64,000 nucleotides of DNA from Parachlamydiales bacterium (lineage in GTDB: Bacteria; Chlamydiota; Chlamydiia; Chlamydiales; Rhabdochlamydiaceae), in NCBI GenBank assembly GCA_963705295.1, contig OY970065.1, positions 160,001 to 224,000 of the forward strand, read 5' to 3'. The notes beneath the pieces were generated by a model, which made no database searches, had not been told where the DNA came from, and worked only from the letters and a program-made list of their open reading frames with translations. Below are positions 1 through 9,905 of the stretch, in pieces; position 1 is the first letter of the stretch, and each line of letters begins with the position of its first letter. A program made the position numbers and the translations under genes.

Positions 1-359
1 ATCGGAGCGGCTCCTCGATATTTGGGAAGAATGCTTGCATGCACATTGATCGCTCCATGGCGGGGAATATCCAGAATGATAGTTTTTAAAATTTCACCAT
101 ACGCTGCAACGATGAAGAGATCGGGAGAAAAAGTTTTAAGTTTAGCGGCAAACTCGGGGGTTGAGGCTTTCACGGGTTGCAGAACAGGAATTTCGGTCTG
201 CTGGACAAATTCTTTGACGGGAGGTGCAGTGAGTTTGAGAGATCGACCTTTGGGTTTGTCGGGTCTTGTTACAACGGCAACAACATTTTGACGGTGTTGC
301 AACAAGCAGTTCAATAGACTTGCTGCGAAAGGTGATGTGCCAAAGAAAATGATTTTCAT
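1..359 (-). CDS. fmt: Methionyl-tRNA formyltransferase (5' part; runs off window)
   Basis: Manual translation from ATG at 359: MKIIFFGTSPFAA...VVAVVTRPDKPKGRS; follows lpxA as in chlamydiae. Confidence 0.93.
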   Translation of the reverse strand, partial: MKIIFFGTSPFAASLLNCLLQHRQNVVAVVTRPDKPKGRSLKLTAPPVKEFVQQTEIPVLQPVKASTPEFAAKLKTFSPDLFIVAAYGEILKTIILDIPRHGAINVHASILPKYRGAAP

Positions 360-360
360 C

Positions 361-1254
361 CTATGTCATTTCTTCTTGAAGTAGCTCATCGAATTCTTCG
401 AGCTCTTCGAGAGTTTCACTGGAGGATCGTGAAATGCCATGGAGGCCAATGAGTCCCCGTCTTGATGCTCGGCAGAATTGAAGCCAGTGTTGGATGTAGA
501 GATTTTGATCGATTTCCCGGTGGATTCGCTCTAACGCCTCGGTGAGACGGAGACTGGAGCGGTATGTGAGTTTGAAAGCCCTGGTTAAATCTTTTCGAAC
601 GGTGATCGGAAACCCGTGCCGTTTGAGTCCGACAAGATTTAGACCACCTAGCCTGTAAGGAACACCAGCTCCGATCGTATACGGAGGGACATCGTGTGTC
701 ACTCGGCTGAATCCTCCGACCATCGCATAACAACCAATCCGAGTGAACTGATGAACGGCTGTCATTCCACCGATAACCGCATAATCTTCAATCACGACGT
801 GTCCTGCAAGATTCACTGCATTGGCGAGGATGACACGATTACCGACTTCGCAGTTGTGAGCGATATGGCAATACGCCATGATGAGACATTGATCACCGAC
901 GCGGACGACAGAATTTTCCTGACACGAAGAATTGATCGTGACATATTCCCTAATTTCACAGTTTTTACCGATGATGACAAACGTCTTTTCGCCTCGAAAT
1001 TTCAGATCTTGAGTTTTGGTCCCGATGCTGGCACCAGGCCAGATGGTTGTTCCTGTACCAATCGTGGTATGACCATCTAAATAGACGTGCGATTTAATCG
1101 TGACATTATCTTCAATCGTGACGGTACCTTTCACGACCGCATACGGTTCAATCGTGACATTATTACCAATCTTTGCACCGGGATCGACAACAGCTAAAGG
1201 ATGGATATTTCCTTTCACTTTCTGCTCGGTGTGATGCGTTTTTGCTTTTGCCAT
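361..1254 (-). CDS. lpxA: UDP-N-acetylglucosamine O-acyltransferase
   Basis: IHPLAVVDPGAKIG hexapeptide repeats, QDLKF, HIAHNC motifs. Confidence 0.96.
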   Translation of the reverse strand: MAKAKTHHTEQKVKGNIHPLAVVDPGAKIGNNVTIEPYAVVKGTVTIEDNVTIKSHVYLDGHTTIGTGTTIWPGASIGTKTQDLKFRGEKTFVIIGKNCEIREYVTINSSCQENSVVRVGDQCLIMAYCHIAHNCEVGNRVILANAVNLAGHVVIEDYAVIGGMTAVHQFTRIGCYAMVGGFSRVTHDVPPYTIGAGVPYRLGGLNLVGLKRHGFPITVRKDLTRAFKLTYRSSLRLTEALERIHREIDQNLYIQHWLQFCRASRRGLIGLHGISRSSSETLEELEEFDELLQEEMT

Positions 1255-1266
1255 TTTAGCGCTCTA

Positions 1267-1731
1267 TTACAATTGTTTCCTATCAACGAGAGCAAAACCA
1301 ATTTCAGCTTCAACAACGACAAGGTCTCCGACAGTTGCTTTGGCGGCGACTTTGCCACCTTTAAAGCTGATATGTTGTCCGGTGATATGCAAATAAAGCA
1401 CATCGCCCGGGACGACGGGTTTGCGGAATTTCGCTTGATTCACTGTGAGTAGGACCGCGATTTTATCGGTCAGAAGTTTCTGGTGTACCAAAATGCCTCC
1501 CGTCTGCGCTAAGGCTTCTAAAATAAGAACGCCTGGCATGATGGGGACTTCCGGAAAATGTCCTACGAAAAAATGTTCATTCATCGTGACATTTTTTTGC
1601 CCGATGATTTGATTTTGTTCTAAATCGAGATGCACAATGCGATCGACAAGTAGAAAGGGATACCGGTGAGGCAAAATTTTAGCGATGGTTTTCGCATCTA
1701 AAATAATCGAAGCGGGTGTCGTTGTATTCAT
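1267..1731 (-). CDS. fabZ: 3-hydroxyacyl-ACP dehydratase
   Basis: LPHRYPFLLVDR, GHFP..PIMPGVLILEALAQ. Confidence 0.97.
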   Translation of the reverse strand: MNTTTPASIILDAKTIAKILPHRYPFLLVDRIVHLDLEQNQIIGQKNVTMNEHFFVGHFPEVPIMPGVLILEALAQTGGILVHQKLLTDKIAVLLTVNQAKFRKPVVPGDVLYLHITGQHISFKGGKVAAKATVGDLVVVEAEIGFALVDRKQL

Positions 1732-2567
1732 GCTTTTCTCAGAAATTTACGGAGTTCTTTAGCCATACTATGATTCGCAGCGTGACCTGTCTTAATTCCA
1801 ATGAAATGGACATTAAATGTACAGTTTAACAAAGCCATATCTCCGATCATATCCAAAATTTTGTGCCTAACCATTTCATCCGGGAATCGGACTCCTTCAG
1901 GATTCATGACTTTATCGCCATCGATTACAACTCCGTGATCGAGCGCCGCATTTTTGAGAATTCCTTTTTCAATCAAAGGAGCGACATCCTCATAGAGTGT
2001 AAATGTCCGGCAAGGAGCAATCTCATCGCGGAACGTTTCTTTTTTGACAATACACGAATAATATTGCGACTTCAAGTAGGGAGATTTCGGATAATGGAGC
2101 GTATAGCTAATCCGGTACTCTGTCGAAGGAAGAGCGACGAGATGCATCTCTCCTTGAGTCCAGGAAATGGGGTGATCGAGCACATAGAGATCTTTTTCTT
2201 GATCTTGCTCTAGAGTTCCAGCTTGATCTAACAAGTGCATGAACTGAAGAGAGCTTCCATCAAAGATTGGCATTTCGGGTGCAGAGATTTCTATGATCAG
2301 ATTATCGATTTCACTCGCACGCACAGCTGCCATGAAATGTTCAATGGTTTGAACGGAAGATTCTCCATGAACAATCTTTGTGCACCGGGTCGCATCGTGC
2401 ACATTTTCTGTTTGAGCAGGAATCACAGCTCCAATATCTGTCCTATGAAAAATAATGCCTGTATTAGGAGGGGCGGGCCTCAAGCGAACGACGGCGTCAG
2501 TCCCTGTGAAAAGACTTCTCCCGTGAAAAACAACCTCTTTTTTGAGTGTTTTCTGCTTTAATCCCAT
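1728..2567 (-). CDS. lpxC: UDP-3-O-acyl-GlcNAc deacetylase
   Basis: QKTLK, TIEHFMAA, HKILDMIGD zinc motifs. Confidence 0.96.
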   Translation of the reverse strand: MGLKQKTLKKEVVFHGRSLFTGTDAVVRLRPAPPNTGIIFHRTDIGAVIPAQTENVHDATRCTKIVHGESSVQTIEHFMAAVRASEIDNLIIEISAPEMPIFDGSSLQFMHLLDQAGTLEQDQEKDLYVLDHPISWTQGEMHLVALPSTEYRISYTLHYPKSPYLKSQYYSCIVKKETFRDEIAPCRTFTLYEDVAPLIEKGILKNAALDHGVVIDGDKVMNPEGVRFPDEMVRHKILDMIGDMALLNCTFNVHFIGIKTGHAANHSMAKELRKFLRKA

Positions 2568-2591
2568 TACACAAGACTCTATCTGAAGGTC

Positions 2592-4142
2592 TCAATTTCT
2601 TAGAAGCTTTTTTGTAGAACTCTTTCTTCCTAAATACCAGCAAATGCCGAGGAAGATAAATGAAATCAGAATGATTCCATGATCTCCCCAGAGACGATAC
2701 AACGTGAAATAATGGTAGAGGGGAACATGAGCCACCAAGACAGCTGCCCGCCTCTCATCGACAATCTGCCCAATAATTCTTCCTAAACTATCGACAGCAG
2801 CAGTCACTCCTGTGTTGCATGCGCGCACCATCGGAACACCATTTTCAACGGCACGCAGACGAGCGTGATCGAAGTGTTGCTTAGGAAGACGAGAATCGGG
2901 ATACCAATTGTCGTTGGTGAGATTCACAAAGAACGAAGCCCCTTTACGCCTGTTTTCCCTCATCACGTAAGAAAACGTCTCTTCATAACAGATCGAGGCT
3001 GACATCGGAACTTTTGCAGGAAAAACTTTTGCTTCTTGCCCATGGGTAAAAAACTCGGTGATCCCGTAGGCTTTGGTCAGATTTTTGACCCAGGCAAACG
3101 GAACATATTCGGCTAAAGGAACCAAAATTTGTTTGTCGTATCTCTCCATTTTCTCACTTTGGTGAGGACAATAAAAAGCAGAGGTAAAACTATTTCCATT
3201 TTCTTTTGCCTCTAATCCAGCAATGACATCGGCTTGATACAGCTTTGCAATTGTTTGAATCCAAAATTGATTCGATACCCTTGTTTCTGGATCGACCGGA
3301 ATTTGTTTTCCCAATGTCTCTTCAAAAATATTTCGAACTAAAGAAGCGGGATACACATGTGACGCAGCAGGGATGGGAACAATAAACTCGGGCAAAACGA
3401 TCAGATCGAGTTTTTCGCTTTGTGTTTTTAATAATGATAAAATTTGTCTCCATTGTTCAGTGGGAGGAATATACTCTTTGCTTCTCCCCTCAATGAAAAG
3501 TTTTTGCGATGGAAGAAGTCCCGTTTGAACTAAACCGACCGATAAAGTCGAGCTCTGATCTACCTTATTTTTATGGAAATAGAGGTGGCCAAAACCAAAC
3601 AAATACGGAAAAACAGCTAAAGAAACACCGGCAATATACCGTTTTTTCCAGAAGGCCAAGTTTGTTAAAATCACCAAAAAAGATAGACCTAGCACTCCAA
3701 AAATAGAGGCTGCCTGCAAAGAAGATACAAAGGCCGTTAAACTTAAACCGACAGGATTCCAGGAAAATCCACATAGAAAATGAAGACGGCCCCACTCCAT
3801 TATCGTCCAAAGTGCAGCTGTAGCAACGAGCGGAATTTTGTCTAAAAACAGTGTGATCAGCCCAAACTGCAAGCCCAAACAAAGACTTAATATCCCGTAA
3901 ACAAGAAGAATATAATACCCTTGAAACTCGATGCTGGTCATCCAAGAAAGCTGAATCAGCTGAATCGTGGTGAACCATATAACTCCGAACCAAAACCGTT
4001 TTTTTGAATACGGGATCTCAGCCGCCACTTTCCAAAAAGCTGCGTACCCAATACAAGCCGCCAAAGGAGCCAGCCATCCACTCCATGCGGGCTGTCCAAA
4101 GGCAACCACAATCCAGCTAAGAAGTAATAGAATGATATTCAC
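2592..4142 (-). CDS. lnt: Apolipoprotein N-acyltransferase
   Basis: TM N-terminus; nitrilase triad motifs LPE, YDKQILVP, ICYEE; RAVENG. Confidence 0.94.
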   Translation of the reverse strand: MNIILLLLSWIVVAFGQPAWSGWLAPLAACIGYAAFWKVAAEIPYSKKRFWFGVIWFTTIQLIQLSWMTSIEFQGYYILLVYGILSLCLGLQFGLITLFLDKIPLVATAALWTIMEWGRLHFLCGFSWNPVGLSLTAFVSSLQAASIFGVLGLSFLVILTNLAFWKKRYIAGVSLAVFPYLFGFGHLYFHKNKVDQSSTLSVGLVQTGLLPSQKLFIEGRSKEYIPPTEQWRQILSLLKTQSEKLDLIVLPEFIVPIPAASHVYPASLVRNIFEETLGKQIPVDPETRVSNQFWIQTIAKLYQADVIAGLEAKENGNSFTSAFYCPHQSEKMERYDKQILVPLAEYVPFAWVKNLTKAYGITEFFTHGQEAKVFPAKVPMSASICYEETFSYVMRENRRKGASFFVNLTNDNWYPDSRLPKQHFDHARLRAVENGVPMVRACNTGVTAAVDSLGRIIGQIVDERRAAVLVAHVPLYHYFTLYRLWGDHGIILISFIFLGICWYLGRKSSTKKLLRN

Positions 4143-4570
4143 TCGCCGTCTCCAAAGAAAGCCAAGATAAATAACCCTCCTAAAATCGCTAGATTTTTAA
4201 AAAAGTTCGTCATTTGTTCATTGAATTCTGCCCCTTGATAAAGCCAGAAAGAGTGCATGAAAAGAGTTGTCGGAATTAAGAATAAAATGAGTAAAATAGC
4301 GCCGAGTCTCACTTGAATCCCCAGCAAAACCAGCAATCCTCCGACAGCTGAAAAAATGGTGGCTAGAATAACTGCAATGGAGCCGTACGAAAGAAGAAAG
4401 TTAAAAAAATCGAGCAGAAAAACGGGCAATTGAGGGTGGGTGAGCCAATCCGATATCCGACAAGCAAAATATTGGTGCGTCGCCTCCCAATTTAAAATTT
4501 GATAGACAACCGCGATAAGAAAAATCAAACTCAAAAAGATCCTTCCAAGAACTAAGAAAAATTTTCCCAT
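4139..4570 (-). CDS. DoxX family membrane protein
   Basis: LGRIFLSLIF...H.FW...FFKNLAILGG pattern. Confidence 0.8.
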   Translation of the reverse strand: MGKFFLVLGRIFLSLIFLIAVVYQILNWEATHQYFACRISDWLTHPQLPVFLLDFFNFLLSYGSIAVILATIFSAVGGLLVLLGIQVRLGAILLILFLIPTTLFMHSFWLYQGAEFNEQMTNFFKNLAILGGLFILAFFGDGE

Positions 4571-4601
4571 ATTCCCTTTTCTATCCTATAATAGTAATCT
4601 T

Positions 4602-5669
4602 ATGAGATCGGCTCAATACAGACAATATCATCTTTCGATTGTTTTGAAAAGATTTGAACAACAAAAGACTCCTTTGGATGTTTTTTTAAGCCATTATTTT
4701 CGAAATAATAAAGCCCTGGGTTCTAAAGATCGACTCTACATCAGTGATGCTGTCTACCGGTATATTCGGTGGAAAAATCTCTATCTCCACCTTGGGCTAG
4801 ACCCATCCTGTGAACCGCCTTCCAGTGATGGTTCATTGCCACACTTTATAAGACTCGGTACACCCTCTTCCCTCTACCATCGTCTGGTTGAAATTTATGG
4901 AGCATTAAAAACGGAAGAAATTTGCCGGATCAACAATACACGCGCGCCTTTCACCATCCGTGTGAATACATTAAAAATCTCGAGGGACGAGCTTTTAGCA
5001 AGATGGAATGGGCTGTATCTTGTCACACCCTGTACATCTTCTCCTCAAGGAATTTATTTCCACGAAAAAATAAATCTTTACACCCTGCCTGAATTTAAAG
5101 AGGGTCTTCTAGAGGTGCAAGATGAAGGGAGTCAATTAGTCGCAGCTTTGGTCCGGGCAGAACCGAAGCAAAAGATTTTAGATTATTGCGCGGGTTCTGG
5201 AGGGAAAACACTCGCCATTGCCCCTCTTTTGAAAAATACAGGGCAAATCTATCTCCACGATATTCGGCCGCTCGCTCTGCAAAAAGCTAAAACGAGACTC
5301 CGAAGAGCCGGAATACAAAACATCCAATTTTCTATTCCTCACTCTAAAATGGACTGGGTTGTCGTCGATGTTCCGTGTAGTGGGACAGGCACACTTAGGC
5401 GGAATCCTGATCTCAAATGGAAATTTGAACAGATGGATTTAAAAAAACTCGTATCCGAGCAAAGAGAAATTTTTAAAAAAGCCCTTTCTTTTCTGAGTCG
5501 TTCAGGTAAGATTGTTTATATGACATGTAGTATCCTACCGGAAGAAAATGAACGCCAAGTCTCTTATTTTCAAAAAGAATTTGGACTTCAAGTTGTAGAA
5601 ACCTTCCAATCCCTTCCGACTCAAGATGGAATGGATGGGTTTTTCGGTGTTTCTTTTGCATTTGTATGA
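4602..5669 (+). CDS. RsmB/NOP-family RNA m5C methyltransferase
   Basis: VQDEGSQL, DYCAGSGGKT, DVPCSGTG, YMTCS. Confidence 0.9.
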   Translation: MRSAQYRQYHLSIVLKRFEQQKTPLDVFLSHYFRNNKALGSKDRLYISDAVYRYIRWKNLYLHLGLDPSCEPPSSDGSLPHFIRLGTPSSLYHRLVEIYGALKTEEICRINNTRAPFTIRVNTLKISRDELLARWNGLYLVTPCTSSPQGIYFHEKINLYTLPEFKEGLLEVQDEGSQLVAALVRAEPKQKILDYCAGSGGKTLAIAPLLKNTGQIYLHDIRPLALQKAKTRLRRAGIQNIQFSIPHSKMDWVVVDVPCSGTGTLRRNPDLKWKFEQMDLKKLVSEQREIFKKALSFLSRSGKIVYMTCSILPEENERQVSYFQKEFGLQVVETFQSLPTQDGMDGFFGVSFAFV

Positions 5670-6715
5670 TAAGCTTTAAGGCTATGGTCATTTTTCTTTT
5701 ATCGGCGATCCTGTGCGCTGCTCCTGATAATTTACCTCTTCCACCTTTGGATGCAGGGACTGAAATTGTCGTCCAAAATCGAATTTTGACTCGGGTCGGT
5801 GGAAAAAACATCTCTGTCCTCGATGTCATGAAACAGATGGATGTTTTTTTAAGTAACCATTTCCCTCAATACATGAATTCAAAAGCGGCAAAGTTTCAAT
5901 ATTACAGGATGCAATGGAGATCGACACTGCAACAGATGATCGATCACGAGCTCATGATGGCCGATGCTGAGAGCCGAGAAATCAAAGTCTCGGACGGGGA
6001 AGTCCGAGAAGAGATCCAGAGCCGATTTGGCCCCAATGTCATGGGTTCTCTCGATAAACTCGGCCTCAGCTATGAAGAGGCCCGTAAAATTGTTCATCAA
6101 GATATGGTCGTGCAGCGGATCCAATGGTTCCGCGTTACCTCAAGAGCACTCCAAAAAGTGACATCCCAAGAGATCAAAAAAGCATACGAAGACTATGTTC
6201 AAAATAATGGTTCCAAAGAAGAATGGAAGTATCAATTCATCACAATTCGGGCCGATGATCCCGATAAAGGCCACCTTCTGGCTCACAATCTGATGACCTT
6301 GAAGCAAAAAGCTATGGAGAACCTCTCCGTAGCAGCCGAGCTATTTCAGAAAGAGCTTCCAGCAGAGCCCAAACTAACTGTTTCTGTATCACAAGAGTTT
6401 ACGCAAGAAGATAAAGCTCTCTCAGAGGCGCACCGAACCATCTTGTCTCGGCTTAAAATCGGACAGTGGAGCGAGCCTGTTGCTCTCATGAGCCGCGATG
6501 GAAAGTTGGTCACCCGCGTTTTTCATTTGAAAGACCATCTGAAAACTCAGATTCCTCCTTTTACCAAACTGGCCAATGAGCTCAAACAAAACCTTCTCAG
6601 TGACGCTGCCGATGGTGAGATGAAACGGTATATTACAAGACTCCATCAAAGATTTAATTTTGACGAAAATTCCCTCGATATTCCATCCCATTTTGAGCCG
6701 TTTTCTTTGAGATGA
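5666..6715 (+). CDS. SurA N-terminal-domain periplasmic chaperone/PPIase-like protein
   Basis: Signal peptide; NRIL..V..K.IS...L..MID..LM..A pattern of SurA_N. Confidence 0.7.
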   Translation: MISFKAMVIFLLSAILCAAPDNLPLPPLDAGTEIVVQNRILTRVGGKNISVLDVMKQMDVFLSNHFPQYMNSKAAKFQYYRMQWRSTLQQMIDHELMMADAESREIKVSDGEVREEIQSRFGPNVMGSLDKLGLSYEEARKIVHQDMVVQRIQWFRVTSRALQKVTSQEIKKAYEDYVQNNGSKEEWKYQFITIRADDPDKGHLLAHNLMTLKQKAMENLSVAAELFQKELPAEPKLTVSVSQEFTQEDKALSEAHRTILSRLKIGQWSEPVALMSRDGKLVTRVFHLKDHLKTQIPPFTKLANELKQNLLSDAADGEMKRYITRLHQRFNFDENSLDIPSHFEPFSLR

Positions 6716-7548
6716 GATCCTTATATAAACCATCCGAGCTCCACGCATTCCTCAAAGAAATGGGAGCAGCCCCCAAGAAAAGCCTCTCGCAAAATTTTCT
6801 CATCGATGGAAATATCGTTCGTAAAATTATTGCTTTTGCCGATATTCAAGAAGGGGATACGGTTTTAGAAATTGGGCCCGGTCCGGGAGTTCTAACAGAA
6901 GCCCTTTTAGCTAGGGGGGCTCATGTCATCGCCGTAGAAAAAGATAAGAAATTTTCTCAAGCACTCCAAAAGTGGTCTCATCCTCATCTGACAGTGATTG
7001 AAGGAGACATCTTAACATCCGATATTCCTTTAAAACCGAATATGAAATTAGTGGCAAATCTTCCCTATCAAATCACAACACCCATTCTCGCACGATTTTT
7101 ACCCTTAAGGCAATTTTTTCAATCGATCACAGTGATGGTACAAAAAGAAGTGGCAACCCGTTTTTTGGCTCTGCCTGTACCCATTGGGGGCTCAAAAGAT
7201 TACGGATCTCTAGCCGTCTTTATCCGATTTTACTCCGATCCAGTTTACGGTTTCACCGTCAAACCGAGCTGTTTTTATCCCAGACCCAAGATCCATTCAG
7301 CTGTTGTTCAGCTCATTCCAAAATCGACCCCAAAAGTGCCGGAAAAAGAATTTTTCGAAATGACCCGTTTAGCCTTTCAACACCGGCGTAAAATGATCCG
7401 TTCATCATTGAAAACAGTTTACGATCAACCCAGCATCGATCTAGCTCTGGGGCAAAGACTCTATGCCCGGCCTGAAGAACTATCGCTCGATGAGTTTGTG
7501 TCTCTTTTTCAAAAAATAATAAAGCGCAAATCCAATTCCACCGAGTAG
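6712..7548 (+). CDS. rsmA: 16S rRNA dimethyladenosine transferase
   Basis: KKSLSQNFL, EIGPGPG, ANLPYQI, FQHRRK. Confidence 0.96.
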   Translation: MRSLYKPSELHAFLKEMGAAPKKSLSQNFLIDGNIVRKIIAFADIQEGDTVLEIGPGPGVLTEALLARGAHVIAVEKDKKFSQALQKWSHPHLTVIEGDILTSDIPLKPNMKLVANLPYQITTPILARFLPLRQFFQSITVMVQKEVATRFLALPVPIGGSKDYGSLAVFIRFYSDPVYGFTVKPSCFYPRPKIHSAVVQLIPKSTPKVPEKEFFEMTRLAFQHRRKMIRSSLKTVYDQPSIDLALGQRLYARPEELSLDEFVSLFQKIIKRKSNSTE

Positions 7549-8727
7549 ACCCATGGCCAGGATCAAAATTCTGAAATGAAATCTCGCCTCGACTGTTTCT
7601 GTTGCATAGATCGGGAGTTGCTCTAGAATTTTCCCATCAAGATCCACAACCCGCAAGCAGCCGACCCGATGATCTCTTTGGATCGGAAATTTGCATGGAT
7701 CCCACACAATCTCTGCTCGAAATTGAGGCTCTTCAGCAGGATAATATTTCATGACGAGATCGTCTTTCAATGAAGCTTTCAGGAGAGATTTTGCCCCTTG
7801 AATTTCCCTTGTGAAAATTTCACTTCCCTTGGCAAAAAGAGTTCGGATCACCCTTTTTTCAGAAAAAGCAGACTCAAACAATTTGATCGCATCTTTAAAT
7901 CTCTGATCACTTGTCAGACAACCCAGAAGCACCGCAATTAACGTTCGTCCTTCATGCGTTGCAGCACCCACCAGTGTATATCCTGCATGCGACGTATGCC
8001 CAGTTTTCACCCCAATTGCTTTAGAATAAAAAAACGGACCTGGCTTAACGAGCTTATTTCCTTGGACAAAATAGTGCGCCTGTTGTTTCTGAGTCTTTGG
8101 ACGGAGAAATTGGGAAGTTTTGACGATTTCACAAAACGTCGGATTTTTTAGAGCAAGCTTCGTGATGAGAGCCATGTCGTAAGCCGACGTCCAATGTTGT
8201 GCATGATGCAGACCGTGGGGATTAGCAAAATGTGTTTCTAAAATACCTTTTCCTTTTAGGTACATATTCAGCTCATCCATGAACTTTTCAATGGTCCCAC
8301 TATTCCACTCGGCCAAGACATTCGCGGCATCATTTCCGGAAGATAAAAGAAGTCCATATAGAAGCGTTTGCACCGATAAACTCTCACCAGCACGGAGTCC
8401 GGCATGCGATCCTCCTATCTCCAACCGATGAGGAGGGTGCAGAGAATTCTCAGCGTGCTTGACATGAGACGGAACAGTGACAAGAGGATGCGGCGTGATA
8501 GTCACATTCTCGTGGAGTCGGACCCCATTTCTTTCGAGAATATATAAAGCCGTTGCAATCTTCGTGATGCTAGCAGGATAAATTTTTTCATGGATGTTTT
8601 TTTCATAGAGAATAGCTCCCGTCTCGCCATTGATTAAAATCGCTGCAGGCGCAGCAACATCGGTTTTAAGTTGTTTTCCCCAGAGATGGACACAAGAAAA
8701 AAAGACGAAAAAAAACCATTTGGACAT
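7480..8727 (-). CDS. D-alanyl-D-alanine carboxypeptidase (peptidase S11)
   Basis: SxxK (PASITK), SGN, KTG motifs; C-terminal membrane anchor. Confidence 0.92.
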   Translation of the reverse strand: MSKWFFFVFFSCVHLWGKQLKTDVAAPAAILINGETGAILYEKNIHEKIYPASITKIATALYILERNGVRLHENVTITPHPLVTVPSHVKHAENSLHPPHRLEIGGSHAGLRAGESLSVQTLLYGLLLSSGNDAANVLAEWNSGTIEKFMDELNMYLKGKGILETHFANPHGLHHAQHWTSAYDMALITKLALKNPTFCEIVKTSQFLRPKTQKQQAHYFVQGNKLVKPGPFFYSKAIGVKTGHTSHAGYTLVGAATHEGRTLIAVLLGCLTSDQRFKDAIKLFESAFSEKRVIRTLFAKGSEIFTREIQGAKSLLKASLKDDLVMKYYPAEEPQFRAEIVWDPCKFPIQRDHRVGCLRVVDLDGKILEQLPIYATETVEARFHFRILILAMGLLGGIGFALYYFLKKRHKLIER

Positions 8728-8869
8728 GAGATATATTTATGCCTAATCAGAAAATATAGGAAAATCTCATTATTTAAATATATTAAAATTAACAACTTAC
8801 AATTTCTTAAAAAAAAATCTTGATATGTGGATCGGCAGACATGTATTACGTGTTAACAAGGAAAAAAAG

Positions 8870-9307
8870 ATGTTGTCACCTTCAGAATTGGATCAGGCTT
8901 TCTTGGAATTTTCTCAAAACTTGCCGAAACATGCTCCCGATGGCGTCATCGATGTCAATCTTAAAATGCTCCAAGAGCTCGGCCTACTCAATCATGCCGA
9001 AATGGACACACCATCGTTCCACGAAGAGTTGATGCAATATTTTCATGTCCTTGAAACTCCAGACAAAGTGACCTTATTTAATGAAAAATTTGCCATCTGG
9101 ATCCTTCCCAAGGCGATCAAAGAAACCACACTCACACTCACCTTTATTGCTCTTCTTAACAATGACAAACTCCATCTCGAATTGGTTTATTCCACAGCGG
9201 GTGTCTACAATACACCGAAATTTATCTTAAAAGTTTTGCAACATTTCTTGAAAGAAGTCACCGATACAGAAGCTCTCATCTCTTCGATCAATCGACCGAA
9301 AAGTTAG
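8870..9307 (+). CDS. Conserved chlamydial hypothetical protein
   Basis: ORF between dac and lptE; AAGGA upstream of ATG 8870 (alternative start 8825). Confidence 0.7.
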   Translation: MLSPSELDQAFLEFSQNLPKHAPDGVIDVNLKMLQELGLLNHAEMDTPSFHEELMQYFHVLETPDKVTLFNEKFAIWILPKAIKETTLTLTFIALLNNDKLHLELVYSTAGVYNTPKFILKVLQHFLKEVTDTEALISSINRPKS

Positions 9308-9905
9308 CCTTCTGCACAGCACTCATAATTTTTTTTGCTAACCGATGATAAACCGGTTTTAGCACGTTGTCTTGCGCTCCTTCGATAGAGTCGAGTTGCC
9401 CTAATGAAAAATTGATCGTTTTTTCTCTCTTTTGACTATCTTCATTGATGAAGGCCAGTTCACGCACTGTATTCACATCGATATAATCGTAATCAGCAGA
9501 TGCAGTCACTTTGATCGGCCCCAAAACAACCTCATCTGTCGCTGTCACAAGGGTGACTTCAGCAGCAAGATTCCGTCTGTTTTCTGTTGGCATGAGATTC
9601 CTTTCAATCTCGCCCGAATTCGTGTGTCGATTGAACTTAAAACCAATGATCTCATTCTCATCACCGACAACAGAAACCTTTAAAATGAGATCCCCACCTT
9701 CTCGAACAAAGGTATAAAGACGGGATTCATCGAGTTGATGGATGAGTTCAGACGTTAACTCGCCTTGTTCATCCCCCTCGACATACGGAATAGAAACCGT
9801 TGTTTTATCACCCGGTTGATAGGTGTGGTATCCGCAGCTTGTTACTAACCCGAGGGTTAATAAACTAAGAAGGAATATCAGACGACTCTGGAATAGGCTC
9901 CGCAA
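9288..9905 (-). CDS. lptE: LPS assembly lipoprotein LptE-like
   Basis: Lipobox VTSC-GY after hydrophobic stretch, VSIPYVEGD; likely TTG start 9905 (the longer ORF to 10106 lies deep inside bamD). Confidence 0.72.
   Translation of the reverse strand: MRSLFQSRLIFLLSLLTLGLVTSCGYHTYQPGDKTTVSIPYVEGDEQGELTSELIHQLDESRLYTFVREGGDLILKVSVVGDENEIIGFKFNRHTNSGEIERNLMPTENRRNLAAEVTLVTATDEVVLGPIKVTASADYDYIDVNTVRELAFINEDSQKREKTINFSLGQLDSIEGAQDNVLKPVYHRLAKKIMSAVQKANFSVD
9842..9863. repeat. 22-bp palindrome matching MITE ends, inside lptE
   Basis: TTACTAACCCGAGGGTTAATAA. Confidence 0.65.
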
